Source of the DNA: Pseudomonadota bacterium
GTDB lineage: Bacteria > Pseudomonadota > Alphaproteobacteria > Caulobacterales > Caulobacteraceae
DNA length: 64,000 nucleotides
NCBI GenBank assembly: GCA_023428785.1
Contig: JAEYWU010000067.1
Span: 1,726-65,725 of the forward strand
Direction of reading: 5' to 3'
This document shows, in pieces, positions 29,417 through 38,688 of the stretch; within the stretch, counting starts at the first letter, position 1; every line of letters starts with the position of its first letter. The notes beneath the pieces were generated by a model. The model did no database searches. It was not told where the DNA came from and saw only the letters and a list, made by a program, of their open reading frames with translations. The translations under genes were made by a program, and so were the position numbers.

Positions 29417-29503
29417 GCGGTCGTGGCGGAATTGGTAGACGCGCAGCGTTGAGGTCGCTGTTCCCTAACCGGAGTGGAAGTTCGAGTCTTCTCGACCGCA
29501 CCA
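29417..29503 (+). tRNA. tRNA-Leu(GAG)
   Basis: Acceptor GCGGTCG/CGACCGC, anticodon stem CAGCG-TTGAGGT-CGCTG, long variable arm, TTCGAGT, encoded CCA. Confidence 0.97.
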
Positions 29504-29558
29504 TCGAGAATCGGCGTTTGATGCGCTGATCGCCTGAAAGGCCAGGAGGGAGGCGAGC

Positions 29559-30971
29559 ATGTCCAGCGACGCCACCCAACTGACCGAGGCCGAAGCCGCC
29601 CAACTGCTGGAAGATCTGGCGCTGGGTGAGGACTACGCCCTCACGTCCGACTATGTGGAAATGGTCATCGACGCGGCCGACCGCGGCGACGGCATGCGGC
29701 TGCGCGAGCTGATCTCGGCGCTGCACCCCGCCGACGTGGCCGATCTGCTGGGCTTCCTGTCCGCCGAGCATCGCGACGAAGTCGTGCCCTGGCTGCCGCC
29801 GGACCTTCTGGCCGAGACCCTTCCTGAGCTGGACGACGGCGTCCGCGAGGACGTGCTGGAGAGCATCGACCCCGGCGCCCTGGCCGAGGCCCTGCAGGAG
29901 CTTGATTCGGATGACGCCACCGGCATCGTCGAGGACCTCGAGGACGACCAGCGCCGCGCCGTCCTGGCCGCCATGCCGGAGGCCGAGCGCGCCGGCATCG
30001 AGAACGCGCTGCTCTATGCCGAGGATTCCGCCGGCCGCCTGATGCAGCGCGAGGTGATGGCCGCGCCCCAGTTCTGGTCGGTCGGCCACGCCATCGACCA
30101 CATGCGTGGCCAGGCCGATGATCTGCCCGAGCTGTTCTTCGACATCTACGTCGTCGATCCAAGCCAGCGGCCGGTCGGCGCCATTCCCGTTTCGGGCCTG
30201 CTTCGCGCCGCCCGCGAGGTCCTCCTGACCGACCTGATGGAGCCGATCACCGAGATCGCCGTCGATACGGAGCAGGAAGAGGTCGCCTACATCTTTGAAA
30301 AGTACCACCTGATCTCGGCGCCCGTGATCGACAAGGGCGGCCGGCTGGTCGGCCAGATCACCGTCGACGACATCGTCAACATCATCCAGGAAGAGAACCA
30401 GGAAGACATGCTGGCCCTGGCCGGCGTGACCGACGCAGGCCGCGACGCCGACGTGGCAGAGGTTGTCCGCTCACGCATCCCCTGGCTGGTGGTCAATCTG
30501 GGCACGGCGCTCGTCGCCTCGATGGTGATCGGCTTCTTCCAGGCCGAAATCCAGCAGCTGGTGGCCTTGGCGGTCCTGATGCCGGTGGTGGCCTCCATCG
30601 GCGGCAACGCCGGCACCCAGGCCCTGACCGTCTCGGTGCGGGCCCTGGCCATGCGCGAGCTTTCGGCGGCCAACGCCTGGCGGATACTGCGCCGCGAGAT
30701 CGCCGTAGGCCTATTGAACGGGACGGCCATAGCGGCGCTTCTGGCCGGGGTGACCTGGCTGTGGCAGCGCGATGTGATGCTCTCGACCGTCATCGGCTCG
30801 GCGGTGGTGATCAACCTGTTCGCTGCGGCCCTGGCCGGAACCCTGGCCCCGCTGGCGCTGGATCGCCTGGGCCGCGACCCGGCCGTCGCCTCGCCGGTCT
30901 TTGTCAGCTGGGTGACGGACACCATCGGTTTTCTGGCCTTCCTTGGCCTGGCGGCCTTGATCCTTCTCTAG
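29559..30971 (+). CDS. mgtE: Magnesium transporter MgtE
   Basis: HPADVAD, DSAGRLM, CBS pair, GGNAGTQ, DPAVAS...TD. Confidence 0.96.
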   Translation: MSSDATQLTEAEAAQLLEDLALGEDYALTSDYVEMVIDAADRGDGMRLRELISALHPADVADLLGFLSAEHRDEVVPWLPPDLLAETLPELDDGVREDVLESIDPGALAEALQELDSDDATGIVEDLEDDQRRAVLAAMPEAERAGIENALLYAEDSAGRLMQREVMAAPQFWSVGHAIDHMRGQADDLPELFFDIYVVDPSQRPVGAIPVSGLLRAAREVLLTDLMEPITEIAVDTEQEEVAYIFEKYHLISAPVIDKGGRLVGQITVDDIVNIIQEENQEDMLALAGVTDAGRDADVAEVVRSRIPWLVVNLGTALVASMVIGFFQAEIQQLVALAVLMPVVASIGGNAGTQALTVSVRALAMRELSAANAWRILRREIAVGLLNGTAIAALLAGVTWLWQRDVMLSTVIGSAVVINLFAAALAGTLAPLALDRLGRDPAVASPVFVSWVTDTIGFLAFLGLAALILL

Positions 30972-30992
30972 ACATGCTGCCTTTGGTGGCTG

Positions 30993-31008
30993 CGGCCCGG
31001 CGCTTGCT
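30993..31008 (+). promoter_or_regulatory. Sigma54 (-24/-12) promoter CGGCCCGGCGCTTGCT upstream of spmX
   Basis: GG 30994-30995, exactly 10 nt, then GC 31006-31007 in TTGC context. Confidence 0.7.
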
Positions 31009-31064
31009 GGTTCGCTTTCGGGGCGAGCCGTCTTGTCCCGGAATGGGTCACCCGTAGGTACGAC

Positions 31065-32459
31065 ATGCAGTCGCGTTCGAAGATGTCTCGCGAAGGACTG
31101 GAGCTTCTCAAGAGCTTCGAGGGCCTGCGCCTGACCGCTGCGCAGCTGTCCGACGGCCGCTGGACCATGGGTCATGGTCACACCCAGTACGCCCGCGAGG
31201 GCGCGGTCATCACCGAGGCCGACGCCGAGGCTCTGCTGCTCTACGACCTGATCCCGGTCCAGGCTGCGGTCAACGAAGCCGTCACCGTCGAGATTTCCCA
31301 GAACCAGTTCGACGCCCTAGTCTGTTTCGCCTTCAACGTGGGCGTCGACGCCTTCCGTAATTCCGAGGTCCTGACCCGGGTCAATCAGGAGCGGATGACC
31401 GAGGCCGCCCTGGCCATGGCCATCTGGCGGGCAGGCGCTTTCGACGGTCGCCGCATCGTCCTGGACGCCCTGGTGCGCCGCCGTTCGGCGGAAGAGGCCC
31501 TGATGCTGGGCCGTGCGGCGCCGCCGTCGCCGAGCGACCTGGTGCGTCCCGAGGTGGACCCGGTCGCCCAGGCCGCCTTGCCGGTGAGTCGTCCCGCCGA
31601 CCTTCAGGTGGACTTCGACAAGCCCGTCGCAGAGGTCGCAATCACCGAACACCCGGAATCGGTGACCGCCGAGCCGGATGCGGCGCCTGAACCTGCCAGT
31701 GAAACGGTGAGCCCGGACACCGCGCCAGTCGAGCCGACGCCGGACACTGTGACGGCGGTCGAAGCCGATGAGACCGCGATTTCTGAGGCTGAAGTCTCCG
31801 AGGTCGAAGCGATCGCACCCGAGGCCTCCGAACCGGCGCCGGTCGAGTTCGCACCCAGCGAGCCTGGCCCCGTCGAGCAGACCGTCGTTCTCGAGGCCAC
31901 GGTCTCGACCCGCATCTATGCGACCTATCCCTTGGCCGCCTTCGCCCCGGTCACGGCGGCCGAGCCGGTGCAGGACGAGGCGGCGCCGCTGGACCTCGCG
32001 TCCGATGTCGTCCCGGCGGTCAGCTCCGACCTGTCCGAGCCGCCGCTGGTCCTGGTCCTGTCGCCGCCGCCCGAGGTCATCGAACCCGCGCCGTCCCGCA
32101 CGGCCGGCTATGAGGCTGCGCCGGAGCCCGCCGAGGGACAGGCCGCGCTCTTTGAAGAGACGCCGGCCGCGCCGGTCGAGGATGGCGGCGTGATCTTCTA
32201 CGAGCCCCTGGCCGAGGCTCCGTCCGGACTGTCGCGCTGGAGTGACGCCACCGCCCTGGTGATGACCGGCGCAGTGGGCCTGTCGGCCTTCGGCTTCGGC
32301 GTGGCGGGCTTCCACCTGGCCAACCAGAACCCTGTGCCCGCAGGCATGTTCGACGAGAAGTCGGCCATTGCCTGGGTGCTGGTGGGGATCGGCACGATCT
32401 TTGTCGGCATCACCGCCTACAACCTCTTCAAGCGGTTCGGGCTGGACGACGCAGAGTAG
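31065..32459 (+). CDS. spmX: Polarity factor SpmX (phage-lysozyme domain + Pro/Glu/Ala-rich linker + 2 TM)
   Basis: SFEGLR...WTMGHGHT, QNQFDALVCFAFNVG, LVRRRSAE; long acidic linker; two C-terminal TMs; between mgtE and ivd. Confidence 0.88.
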   Translation: MQSRSKMSREGLELLKSFEGLRLTAAQLSDGRWTMGHGHTQYAREGAVITEADAEALLLYDLIPVQAAVNEAVTVEISQNQFDALVCFAFNVGVDAFRNSEVLTRVNQERMTEAALAMAIWRAGAFDGRRIVLDALVRRRSAEEALMLGRAAPPSPSDLVRPEVDPVAQAALPVSRPADLQVDFDKPVAEVAITEHPESVTAEPDAAPEPASETVSPDTAPVEPTPDTVTAVEADETAISEAEVSEVEAIAPEASEPAPVEFAPSEPGPVEQTVVLEATVSTRIYATYPLAAFAPVTAAEPVQDEAAPLDLASDVVPAVSSDLSEPPLVLVLSPPPEVIEPAPSRTAGYEAAPEPAEGQAALFEETPAAPVEDGGVIFYEPLAEAPSGLSRWSDATALVMTGAVGLSAFGFGVAGFHLANQNPVPAGMFDEKSAIAWVLVGIGTIFVGITAYNLFKRFGLDDAE

Positions 32460-32499
32460 TCGCTTTGCGCCGGTGGCGTGGCGGTGCTAACCCGCCGCC

Positions 32500-33663
32500 A
32501 TGAGCATTCCCTTCGCCCCCCAATCGATGGATTTCGGCCTCGGCGAGAACGCTGACGCGATCCGTGAGACCACCGCCCGCTGGGCCGCCGACCGGCTGGC
32601 GCCGCGCGCCGCCGAGATCGACGAGACCAACAAGTTTGCTCGCGACCTCTGGCCAGAGATGGGCGAGCTGGGCCTCCACGGCATCACCGTCGAGGAAGAG
32701 TTCGGCGGCCTCGGCATGGGCTATCTCGAGCATGTCGTGGCGATGGAGGAGGTGTCCCGCGCCTCGGCCTCGATCGGCCTCAGCTACGGCGCCCACTCAA
32801 ACCTCTGCGTCAACCAGATCCGTCGCTGGGGCACGCCCGAGCAGAAGCAGAAATACCTGCCCAAGCTGATCTCGGGCGAACATCTCGGCTCGCTGGCCAT
32901 GTCAGAGGCCGGCTCGGGTTCGGACGTCATGTCAATGCGCACCCGCGCCGACAAGAAGGGCGACCGCTACATTCTGAACGGCACCAAGTTCTGGATCACC
33001 AACTCCCCGACCGCCGACACCCTGGTGGTCTACGCCAGGACGGGCGAGGGCAACGGCGGCGTCACCACCTTTCTCATCGAGAAGGGGATGAAGGGCTTCA
33101 GCGTCTCGAAGAAGCTCGACAAGATGGGCATGCGCGGCTCCGACACCGCCGAGCTGGTGTTCGAGGACTGCGAAGTCCCCGAAGAGAACGTCATGGGCGG
33201 CGAAGGCCGCGGCGCGGCGGTTCTCATGTCGGGCCTCGACTATGAGCGCACCGTGCTGGCGGGCGGCCCACTGGGCATCATGCAGGCGGCCCTCGACGTC
33301 GTCCTGCCCTACGTTCGGGACCGCAAGCAGTTCGGCAAGGCGATCGGCTCGTTCCAGCTGATGCAGGCCAAGGTCGCCGACATGTACGTCGCCCTCAACT
33401 CGGCCCGAACCTACGTCTATGCCGTGGCGCGCGCCTGCGACGCCGGGCAGACCACCCGCTATGACGCCGCCGGCGCGATCCTGCTGGCCTCGGAGAACGC
33501 CGTGAAGGTCTCGCTGGAAGCCGTCCAGGCTCTCGGCGGCGCCGGCTACACCAAGGAATGGCCGGTCGAGCGGCTGGTCCGCGACGCCAAGCTTTATGAC
33601 ATCGGCGCCGGCACTAACGAAATCCGCCGCTTCCTGATCGGCCGGGAACTGCTCGGGGCGTGA
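32500..33663 (+). CDS. Isovaleryl-CoA dehydrogenase
   Basis: [48 protein letters not shown]. Confidence 0.94.
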   Translation: MSIPFAPQSMDFGLGENADAIRETTARWAADRLAPRAAEIDETNKFARDLWPEMGELGLHGITVEEEFGGLGMGYLEHVVAMEEVSRASASIGLSYGAHSNLCVNQIRRWGTPEQKQKYLPKLISGEHLGSLAMSEAGSGSDVMSMRTRADKKGDRYILNGTKFWITNSPTADTLVVYARTGEGNGGVTTFLIEKGMKGFSVSKKLDKMGMRGSDTAELVFEDCEVPEENVMGGEGRGAAVLMSGLDYERTVLAGGPLGIMQAALDVVLPYVRDRKQFGKAIGSFQLMQAKVADMYVALNSARTYVYAVARACDAGQTTRYDAAGAILLASENAVKVSLEAVQALGGAGYTKEWPVERLVRDAKLYDIGAGTNEIRRFLIGRELLGA

Positions 33664-33950
33664 TCCGGCTCGCGGTCCTCTTCGGACTGGGGCTGGCGGC
33701 CTTTGTCGCCTCGGCGGTGGTGGCCAACTTCGCCCTGGCGCGCCTTCGTGAACTTCATGCCCGGCGGCTCATCCGCGAAGAGGTGCCGTCCGAGGAGACC
33801 GGCACGGACGGCTGGCGCGTGGCCAGCTTCCTCTGGCAGGTCCGCGTGCCGCTCAACTGCAAGGCCGCGCGCCGGCTTGTTGATCTGTTCCGCGGGCTCC
33901 AGGTGCTCGCCGGCGGCCTCATGGTCTGGGGACTGCTCTCGGTCGGCTGA
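33660..33950 (+). CDS. Hypothetical two-TM protein
   Basis: GTGA overlap with ivd and TGATG overlap with the next gene; hydrophobic ends. Confidence 0.55.
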   Translation: MIRLAVLFGLGLAAFVASAVVANFALARLRELHARRLIREEVPSEETGTDGWRVASFLWQVRVPLNCKAARRLVDLFRGLQVLAGGLMVWGLLSVG

Positions 33951-34441
33951 TGGATCAGATCCGTCCCCTGACCCTGGCTGATCTCCCGGTGGCCCTGACA
34001 CTTCAGGCCCAATGCTATCCGCCCGCAATTCGGGATGGGGAGGCGGCCTTCGCCAGCCGCATTGTCCAAGCGCCAGACTGGTGCTGGACCATCGAGAGCC
34101 ACGGCCGCATGGACGCCTATCTGCTCAGCCATCCGTGGCCGAGCCTGTCTCCTCCCTCACCCGACACGGTCCTTACCTCCGCCGAAGGCGACTGCTGGTA
34201 CATCCACGACCTGTCCATCGCGCCTCATGCGAGAGGCGAGGGGCTCGCCCGACCACTTCTGGCTGCTTGCCTTGAGGCCCATTCGGACATCTCCCGTTCC
34301 GAACTGGTGGCTGTCCCGGGCGCCGAGCCGGTCTGGCTTCGACTGGGCTGGCACAGGGTGACAGACCTTTCCTCGGCTCTGTCCGCCAAGGTGGCGGGCT
34401 ATGGCGATGGATCGGTTTACATGGCGCGCGAATGGATCTGA
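33950..34441 (+). CDS. GNAT family N-acetyltransferase
   Basis: IRPL...DL, YIHDLSIAP.ARG.GLA, W.RLGW. Confidence 0.85.
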   Translation: MDQIRPLTLADLPVALTLQAQCYPPAIRDGEAAFASRIVQAPDWCWTIESHGRMDAYLLSHPWPSLSPPSPDTVLTSAEGDCWYIHDLSIAPHARGEGLARPLLAACLEAHSDISRSELVAVPGAEPVWLRLGWHRVTDLSSALSAKVAGYGDGSVYMAREWI

Positions 34442-34783
34442 TCGCGGGCGCCCGTTTTCTGGCGCGCTAGCCAGCGGAATTCGTAGCAATGCCGGCTGGG
34501 GGCGCGGCGACTTATCCCCGCAAGACAGGGCGCGGATAGCCTGTCCTCATGATCTCGCCGATCTCGCTCGCCAACCTCCCTGCCTGTCGGTCCTGTCAGT
34601 GCTCGCGCGGGCAGGCAGACATCCGTGAGGCTGCTGATGCTCCTGAAGCTGTCTGTTCGAGAGCCTCATGACGCAGCGGACCGCTGGCGCGGCTGGCATC
34701 TGTGTCGCGGTTGAAAGGCATGACATCCGCCGCGACGCGGTTCCCTAGCGACGACTCGCGCCGATTAGGGTTTATAAGGACCA

Positions 34784-35758
34784 ATGCCGCTGACGATCCT
34801 CTACATCGCTGAAGCTGACCCGATGGCCGCCGTGATGTCATCGGGCGTGCTCGCCCAGATGGTCGAGGAGGCGCCGGATGCGCGCTTCACTATCGTCGGG
34901 TCCGCCGAGAGCGCGCCGCTGTTTCGCGACACTCCCGGTCTCGACCGTCTGATCGTCCTGCCCGGCGAAGGCACCGCCGCCTGGATCAAACTCTGGGACC
35001 GACTGAAGGCGCGGCGATGGAGCGTCGTCGTCGACATGCGGGGATCGCGCCTTTCCGGCTGGCTCAAGCGCGACAAGCGCGCGGTCCGCAAGCCCGACGA
35101 TGAGCCGATACACGCCGTCGAATCCGCCGCGCGAGTGCTTCAGCTTGACACCCCGCCCTCGCCGCGCCTGTTCTTTAGCGAAGAGACAAAAGCCGAGGCT
35201 GACGCCCTGATTGCGGATCGGCCCGGCCCGGTCCTGGCGCTCGGACCCGGCGTCGACTGGATCGGCAAGCGCTGGCCGTCGGAGCGCTTCACCAAGGTCG
35301 CCGCCGCCATGCTCGGCGATACGGGCCCTATGGCCGGAGGCCGGCTGATGCTGGTCGGAAACGCCGTCGACCGGGATGCGGCCCATACCATTCGCTTCGC
35401 GGTCTCGCGGGACCGGGTCATCGAGCTTCAGGGCAAGCTGGACCTGCTGCAGACCGCAGCGGCCCTGCGCCATGCCCGCATGTTCGTCGGCGGCGATTCG
35501 ATCTGGACCCAGCTGGCGGTTGCGGCGGGTGTGCCGGCGCTCGGCGTCTACGGCCCGTCCGATGAACGCCTCACGCGCCCCTGGACCGGCATGGCCGTGA
35601 GGGGCTCTCGCTCTGTCGAAGAGTTTCGCGCCATCGATCCGGGCCTGAACCAGCACATCCAGCACATGATGGACGTGCCGGTAGAGCCGGTGACCGCAGC
35701 CGCTCTCAAGCTGTTTCACAAGACCGAGACGCCTGTACTGGAGCCGGCCCATGGCTGA
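34784..35758 (+). CDS. Glycosyltransferase family 9-like protein (degenerate catalytic motifs)
   Basis: VVDMRGS, K.WP.ERF, DS...LA.A.GVP..G.YGPS; AAGGA RBS. Confidence 0.8.
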   Translation: MPLTILYIAEADPMAAVMSSGVLAQMVEEAPDARFTIVGSAESAPLFRDTPGLDRLIVLPGEGTAAWIKLWDRLKARRWSVVVDMRGSRLSGWLKRDKRAVRKPDDEPIHAVESAARVLQLDTPPSPRLFFSEETKAEADALIADRPGPVLALGPGVDWIGKRWPSERFTKVAAAMLGDTGPMAGGRLMLVGNAVDRDAAHTIRFAVSRDRVIELQGKLDLLQTAAALRHARMFVGGDSIWTQLAVAAGVPALGVYGPSDERLTRPWTGMAVRGSRSVEEFRAIDPGLNQHIQHMMDVPVEPVTAAALKLFHKTETPVLEPAHG

Positions 35759-37085
35759 GACCTATGACCTGATCGTTCGCGGCGGCGAGGTGATCAATCA
35801 CGCCGGGCGCGGCATGGCCGACGTCGGCATCCGCGACGGCCGCATCCTTCGGATTGGCGATCTGGGCCAGGCCTCGGCTGGCGAGGTGGTGGACGCCTCG
35901 GGCCTGCTGGTCATGCCGGGCGTCATCGACACCCAGGTCCACTTTCGTGAGCCGGGCCTAGAGTGGAAGGAAGATCTCGAAAGCGGAAGCCGCGCGGCGG
36001 TGCTCGGCGGCGTCGTCGCAGTGTTCGAGATGCCGAACACCGAGCCCACCACGACCGATCCGGCCGCCCTGGCTGACAAGCTGGACCGCGCGCACGACCG
36101 GATGTGGTGCGACCACGCCTTCTACGTCGGCGGCACGATGGAGAATGTCCAGCATCTGGGCGAGCTGGAGCGTCTGCACGGCTGCTGCGGGGTCAAGGTC
36201 TTCATGGGCGCCTCGACCGGTTCGCTGCTGATTGCCGACGACGAAGGCATCGAGGCCGTGCTGCGCAACGTCAATCGCCGCGCCACCTTCCATTCTGAGG
36301 ATGAGTTCCGCCTGGCCGAGCGCCGGGGCCTGGCCCGGACCGGCGACTGGACCAGCCACTATGAGGTTCGTGACGCCGAAGCTGCTTTCAGCTCGACCCG
36401 CCGTCTCGTGGGTCTGGCCGAGAAGCTCGGCAAGCGCATCCATGTGCTGCACGTCACGACCGCCGAGGAAGTCGCCTTCCTCGCCGACCACAAAGATGTC
36501 TGCACCGTCGAGTTCACGCCCCAGCATCTGACGCTCGAGGCGCCTGAGGCCTATGAGCGCCTCAAGGGTCTGGCCCAGATGAACCCGCCGATCCGCGAGG
36601 CCCGCCATCGCCAGGGGCTGTGGGACGGAATCGCCCAGGGCGTCGCCGACGTCATCGGCTCGGACCACGCCCCGCACACGCTTGAGGAAAAGGCGCGACC
36701 CTATCCGGCCTCGCCATCAGGCATGCCAGGCGTCCAGACCCTGCTGCCGGTCATGCTGGACCATGTGGCCAAGGGCCGTCTCAGTCTGGAACGGCTGGTT
36801 GACCTGACCTCGGCCGGGGCGCAGCGCGTCTTCCAGATCGCTGGCAAGGGCCGCATGGCCGAGGGCTGGGACGGGGACCTGACTCTGGTCGATCTCAAGG
36901 CGAAGCGGACCCTGACCCACGCCGACATGGCCACGCGCTCCGGCTGGACCCCCTTCGACGGCATGGAGGTCGAGGGCTATCCTGTCGCCACGATCATCCG
37001 GGGCAGGGTGGTGATGCGCGACGGCGAATTGGCCGAGGCCGCCGGCGGCCGCGCGGTCCGCTTCCAGGAAACCCTCAACGCCTGA
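35751..37085 (+). CDS. pyrC: Dihydroorotase
   Basis: PGVIDTQVHFREPG, EMPNT, KVFMG, MNPPIR, SDHAPH. Confidence 0.9.
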   Translation: MAETYDLIVRGGEVINHAGRGMADVGIRDGRILRIGDLGQASAGEVVDASGLLVMPGVIDTQVHFREPGLEWKEDLESGSRAAVLGGVVAVFEMPNTEPTTTDPAALADKLDRAHDRMWCDHAFYVGGTMENVQHLGELERLHGCCGVKVFMGASTGSLLIADDEGIEAVLRNVNRRATFHSEDEFRLAERRGLARTGDWTSHYEVRDAEAAFSSTRRLVGLAEKLGKRIHVLHVTTAEEVAFLADHKDVCTVEFTPQHLTLEAPEAYERLKGLAQMNPPIREARHRQGLWDGIAQGVADVIGSDHAPHTLEEKARPYPASPSGMPGVQTLLPVMLDHVAKGRLSLERLVDLTSAGAQRVFQIAGKGRMAEGWDGDLTLVDLKAKRTLTHADMATRSGWTPFDGMEVEGYPVATIIRGRVVMRDGELAEAAGGRAVRFQETLNA

Positions 37086-37095
37086 TCGGGCAATG

Positions 37096-37133
37096 AAAAA
37101 GGGCCCCGGGATCGCTCCCGGGGCCCTCTCTTC
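37096..37133. terminator. Intrinsic terminator between convergent genes (strongest for the minus-strand gene)
   Basis: Stem AGGGCCCCGGGA/TCCCGGGGCCCT, TCGC loop, A-run on the left. Confidence 0.85.
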
Positions 37134-37148
37134 AGGTCTGCTCTGTGA

Positions 37149-38510
37149 TCAGGCGCCCAGCTCGCAGCGGGTGCCGCCACGCTCTTCAGACACCGCGCAG
37201 GTCTGGGACTGCACGAAGGCCGAACGGTCCGGACGCAGCACGGCGATAAAACCCGAGCCGCCTTCGCACTGCAGCTCGATCACGTCCCCGGCCACGTTCT
37301 GACCGCCAGCCTGCTCGGCCGTCAGACGCCCGGCGAAGCGGAAGTCCGAGATGGCGCAGTTGGACAGGCTGGGACGATCGCGGGCGACTACGCTCAGGTT
37401 GTCGATCAGCATGCCCTTGGTCGTCAGCGAGCAGCCGCCGATGCGGGCCTGGGCCGTGAGGCAGTCGATCTGCTCAGCCGTACCCGAGGCGTTCGGCAGG
37501 AAGGCCACCAGGCCCCACGGACGATCCGAGCACGAGAACTCGACTACGGTGCGGCGATCGCCTTCCAGCTCCTGGCGGGGCGGGCGGTTGTCGACATAGG
37601 CGCAGCCGATCCCGGCCGAGGTCAGGCGAGCCTGCAGTTCCTCGGCGCTCGCGACGGCCACGGCCGTGCTGTCCGAGAGGGTGCAGCCGCCGGCGATGCC
37701 GCCAGCCGCCGAACATTCGATCACTGATTCGAAGGCGTTGCTCGAGTTGGTGCGGACCATGAAGCCCACGCCGTCCGCGCAGCCGACCTCGTAGTAGCGC
37801 TGGCCGGTCGTGCCGTTGGCTCCCACAAAGCGAGCATTGCTGGCAGCACAGCTGCGGCCCGACGGAGCGGCCAGGGCCGCGACCCAGGCGGCCTGTTCGG
37901 CGGCCGGCGAGAACTCGCAGGTTCCGCCCGCGGCAGTCACCTGCAGGCAGGGCATCACATTGCTGACCCCGCCCGCGGCGCTGACGTCGAACCAGAAGCC
38001 GTCAGCCGACGGACAGCCGACCTCATAGCGCTGCTCGCCCGTGCTGGTCGCGCCGACCCAGCGGGCCTGGTCGACAGCGCATTCGATGCCGGCGGCTTGG
38101 ACGTAGGAAGCGACCGAGCCGACCACGTTGGTGTTGGATTCCATGGTGCACTCAGCGCCAACGTCCGCTTCCGGGTCTTCAGCGCGGCGCGCGGCGACCG
38201 AGGCGTTGTTGGCGATGCAGTTCACGACCTGGGCCGGGTCGTTGTCCAGCAGCAGGAAGCCCGCGCCGCCGCGGCAGCCGACTTCGTACAGGGTCCGGCC
38301 ATCGCCGTTCCGGCCGATGAAGCGCGCCGTGTCATAGTCGCAACCGAGCCGGTCACGCTGGATGATCATGCGAACGTCTTCGTCGATCTCCGTCTGGGTC
38401 GGAATGGTTTGCCCGCGGGTCCGGCTCTGCGCCGACGCATCCGCGGGGGCCGTGATGCTCATCAGGGCGATGGCCGCGCCTGCGATCACGGAAAACAGGG
38501 TTTGTCTCAT
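37149..38510 (-). CDS. Secreted Cys-rich protein with five tandem 4-Cys repeats, function unknown
   Basis: Signal peptide MRQTLFSVIAGAAIAL...ASA; repeat C....AR..G......YEVGC....GF...C...GGxC. Confidence 0.8.
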   Translation of the reverse strand: MRQTLFSVIAGAAIALMSITAPADASAQSRTRGQTIPTQTEIDEDVRMIIQRDRLGCDYDTARFIGRNGDGRTLYEVGCRGGAGFLLLDNDPAQVVNCIANNASVAARRAEDPEADVGAECTMESNTNVVGSVASYVQAAGIECAVDQARWVGATSTGEQRYEVGCPSADGFWFDVSAAGGVSNVMPCLQVTAAGGTCEFSPAAEQAAWVAALAAPSGRSCAASNARFVGANGTTGQRYYEVGCADGVGFMVRTNSSNAFESVIECSAAGGIAGGCTLSDSTAVAVASAEELQARLTSAGIGCAYVDNRPPRQELEGDRRTVVEFSCSDRPWGLVAFLPNASGTAEQIDCLTAQARIGGCSLTTKGMLIDNLSVVARDRPSLSNCAISDFRFAGRLTAEQAGGQNVAGDVIELQCEGGSGFIAVLRPDRSAFVQSQTCAVSEERGGTRCELGA

Positions 38511-38631
38511 ATCGGCGAGGGTCCTCGTCTCACAAAGGTGGGCCACGGCTAAGGGCGTCGAGCGCTCCGGGTCAAGTCACAACCGGTCTAACGCACGCCG
38601 GCATCGATCGTCGCGGTGTCGCACATCGATT

Positions 38632-38661
38632 TTGACGCGGAGATGAACAAGGCGCTACAAG
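38632..38661 (+). promoter_or_regulatory. Housekeeping-sigma promoter TTGACG...GCTACAA
   Basis: Close to the Caulobacter-type consensus TTGACG / GCTANA; upstream of AAGGAG and TTG 38689. Confidence 0.55.
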
Positions 38662-38688
38662 CAGAAAGTTGCTTAAGGAGACGGTCTC

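Noticed and set aside
29417..29558. tRNA-Leu and tRNA-Trp as integration sites
   Set aside because: No duplicated 3' end, integrase or island seen
31065..31510. Phage lysozyme domain as evidence of a prophage
   Set aside because: Fused to a linker and TMs in the spmX context; no holin, integrase or structural phage genes
34755..34783. TCGCGCCGATT resembling the start of a SAM-II riboswitch
   Set aside because: The downstream pairing and GCTAAA elements are absent, and the downstream gene is unrelated
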